Shown here in pieces: positions 14,323 through 14,655 of a stretch of DNA of 14,655 bases (the stretch's first letter is position 1; each line of letters begins with the position of its first letter). Below the pieces are notes generated by a model, which saw nothing but the letters and a program-made list of their open reading frames with translations, did not search any database and had not been told where the DNA came from. The stretch is from Candidatus Sumerlaeales bacterium. GTDB lineage: Bacteria > Sumerlaeota > Sumerlaeia > Sumerlaeales > Sumerlaeaceae. Position numbers and translations under genes: made by a program. The DNA is taken from the NCBI GenBank assembly GCA_038243585.1, contig JBBSQY010000065.1, forward strand, positions 1-14,655. The letters run 5' to 3'.

Positions 14323-14655
14323 TCAAAACCTTGCCGCCCGGCCCTTGATGTTGCGGATTGGATTTTTCAGGGTTTGGGTTTTGCGGATCATTTCTACGCA
14401 GCTGGCGAGGGCGTCGAGGCCGTCGTCGTGCGTATTAGGGCGGCCGTTATATTCGTCCGCCTGGACGAAGAACTCCTGCCGCAGGGTTTGCTGGAAGAGG
14501 ATGCTGCCGGCGAGGATGTGGGGTTCGAGCAGGCTGATTCGGCTGTGTTTGCTGTGGGTGTTGGGAAACTTTTCGATGGGCAGGTGCCATGTGGCGCCTT
14601 CGGTTTTGCGTTTGAGTTGTTCGTCGCGGATGAAGGTGCCGAGGGTTTCCTGGAA
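14323..14655 (-). CDS. terL: Phage terminase large subunit, C-terminal nuclease domain (partial, runs off the window)
   Basis: Manual translation, 110 aa: FQETLGTFIRDEQLKRKTEGATWHLPIEKFPNTHSKHSRISLLEPHILAGSILFQQTLRQEFFVQADEYNGRPNTHDDGLDALASCVEMIRK..RF*. K-x-x-RI-x-x-L-x-P..G-x-I-x-F and HDD-x-x-DA are TerL RNase H-like motifs. Confidence 0.82.
   Translation of the reverse strand, partial: FQETLGTFIRDEQLKRKTEGATWHLPIEKFPNTHSKHSRISLLEPHILAGSILFQQTLRQEFFVQADEYNGRPNTHDDGLDALASCVEMIRKTQTLKNPIRNIKGRAARF

Overview
A 14.7-kb bacterial accessory region, a mosaic of mostly unrelated genes separated by mobile-element scars. Genes in order: meso-DAP dehydrogenase (ddh), a DinB-family protein, a truncated IS3-family orfA, a doubly frameshifted REP-associated tyrosine transposase (RAYT) bracketed by 31-bp inverted repeats, a secreted hypothetical protein, a translationally coupled small secreted protein plus HEXXH metallopeptidase, a PAS-PAS-GGDEF-EAL protein, two tandem secreted EEP-superfamily paralogs, a Sel1-repeat protein, TspO, a PIG-L deacetylase, a GAF-like protein, and the 3' end of a phage terminase large subunit that the ORF track missed. 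Two patterns stand out. (1) The RAYT-end motif AATTTCGGGGACGCGCACC recurs at several gene boundaries, often at or just after stop codons, suggesting RAYT/REP-driven gene shuffling. (2) Unrelated, probably exported enzymes share C-terminal tails (V-x-D-W-x-L-Y twice; a separate P-V-x-L-S-x-F-x-x-D tail once) that look like uncharacterised protein-sorting signals. From memory such tails occur in Candidatus Sumerlaeota/BRC1, but that host assignment is unverified.
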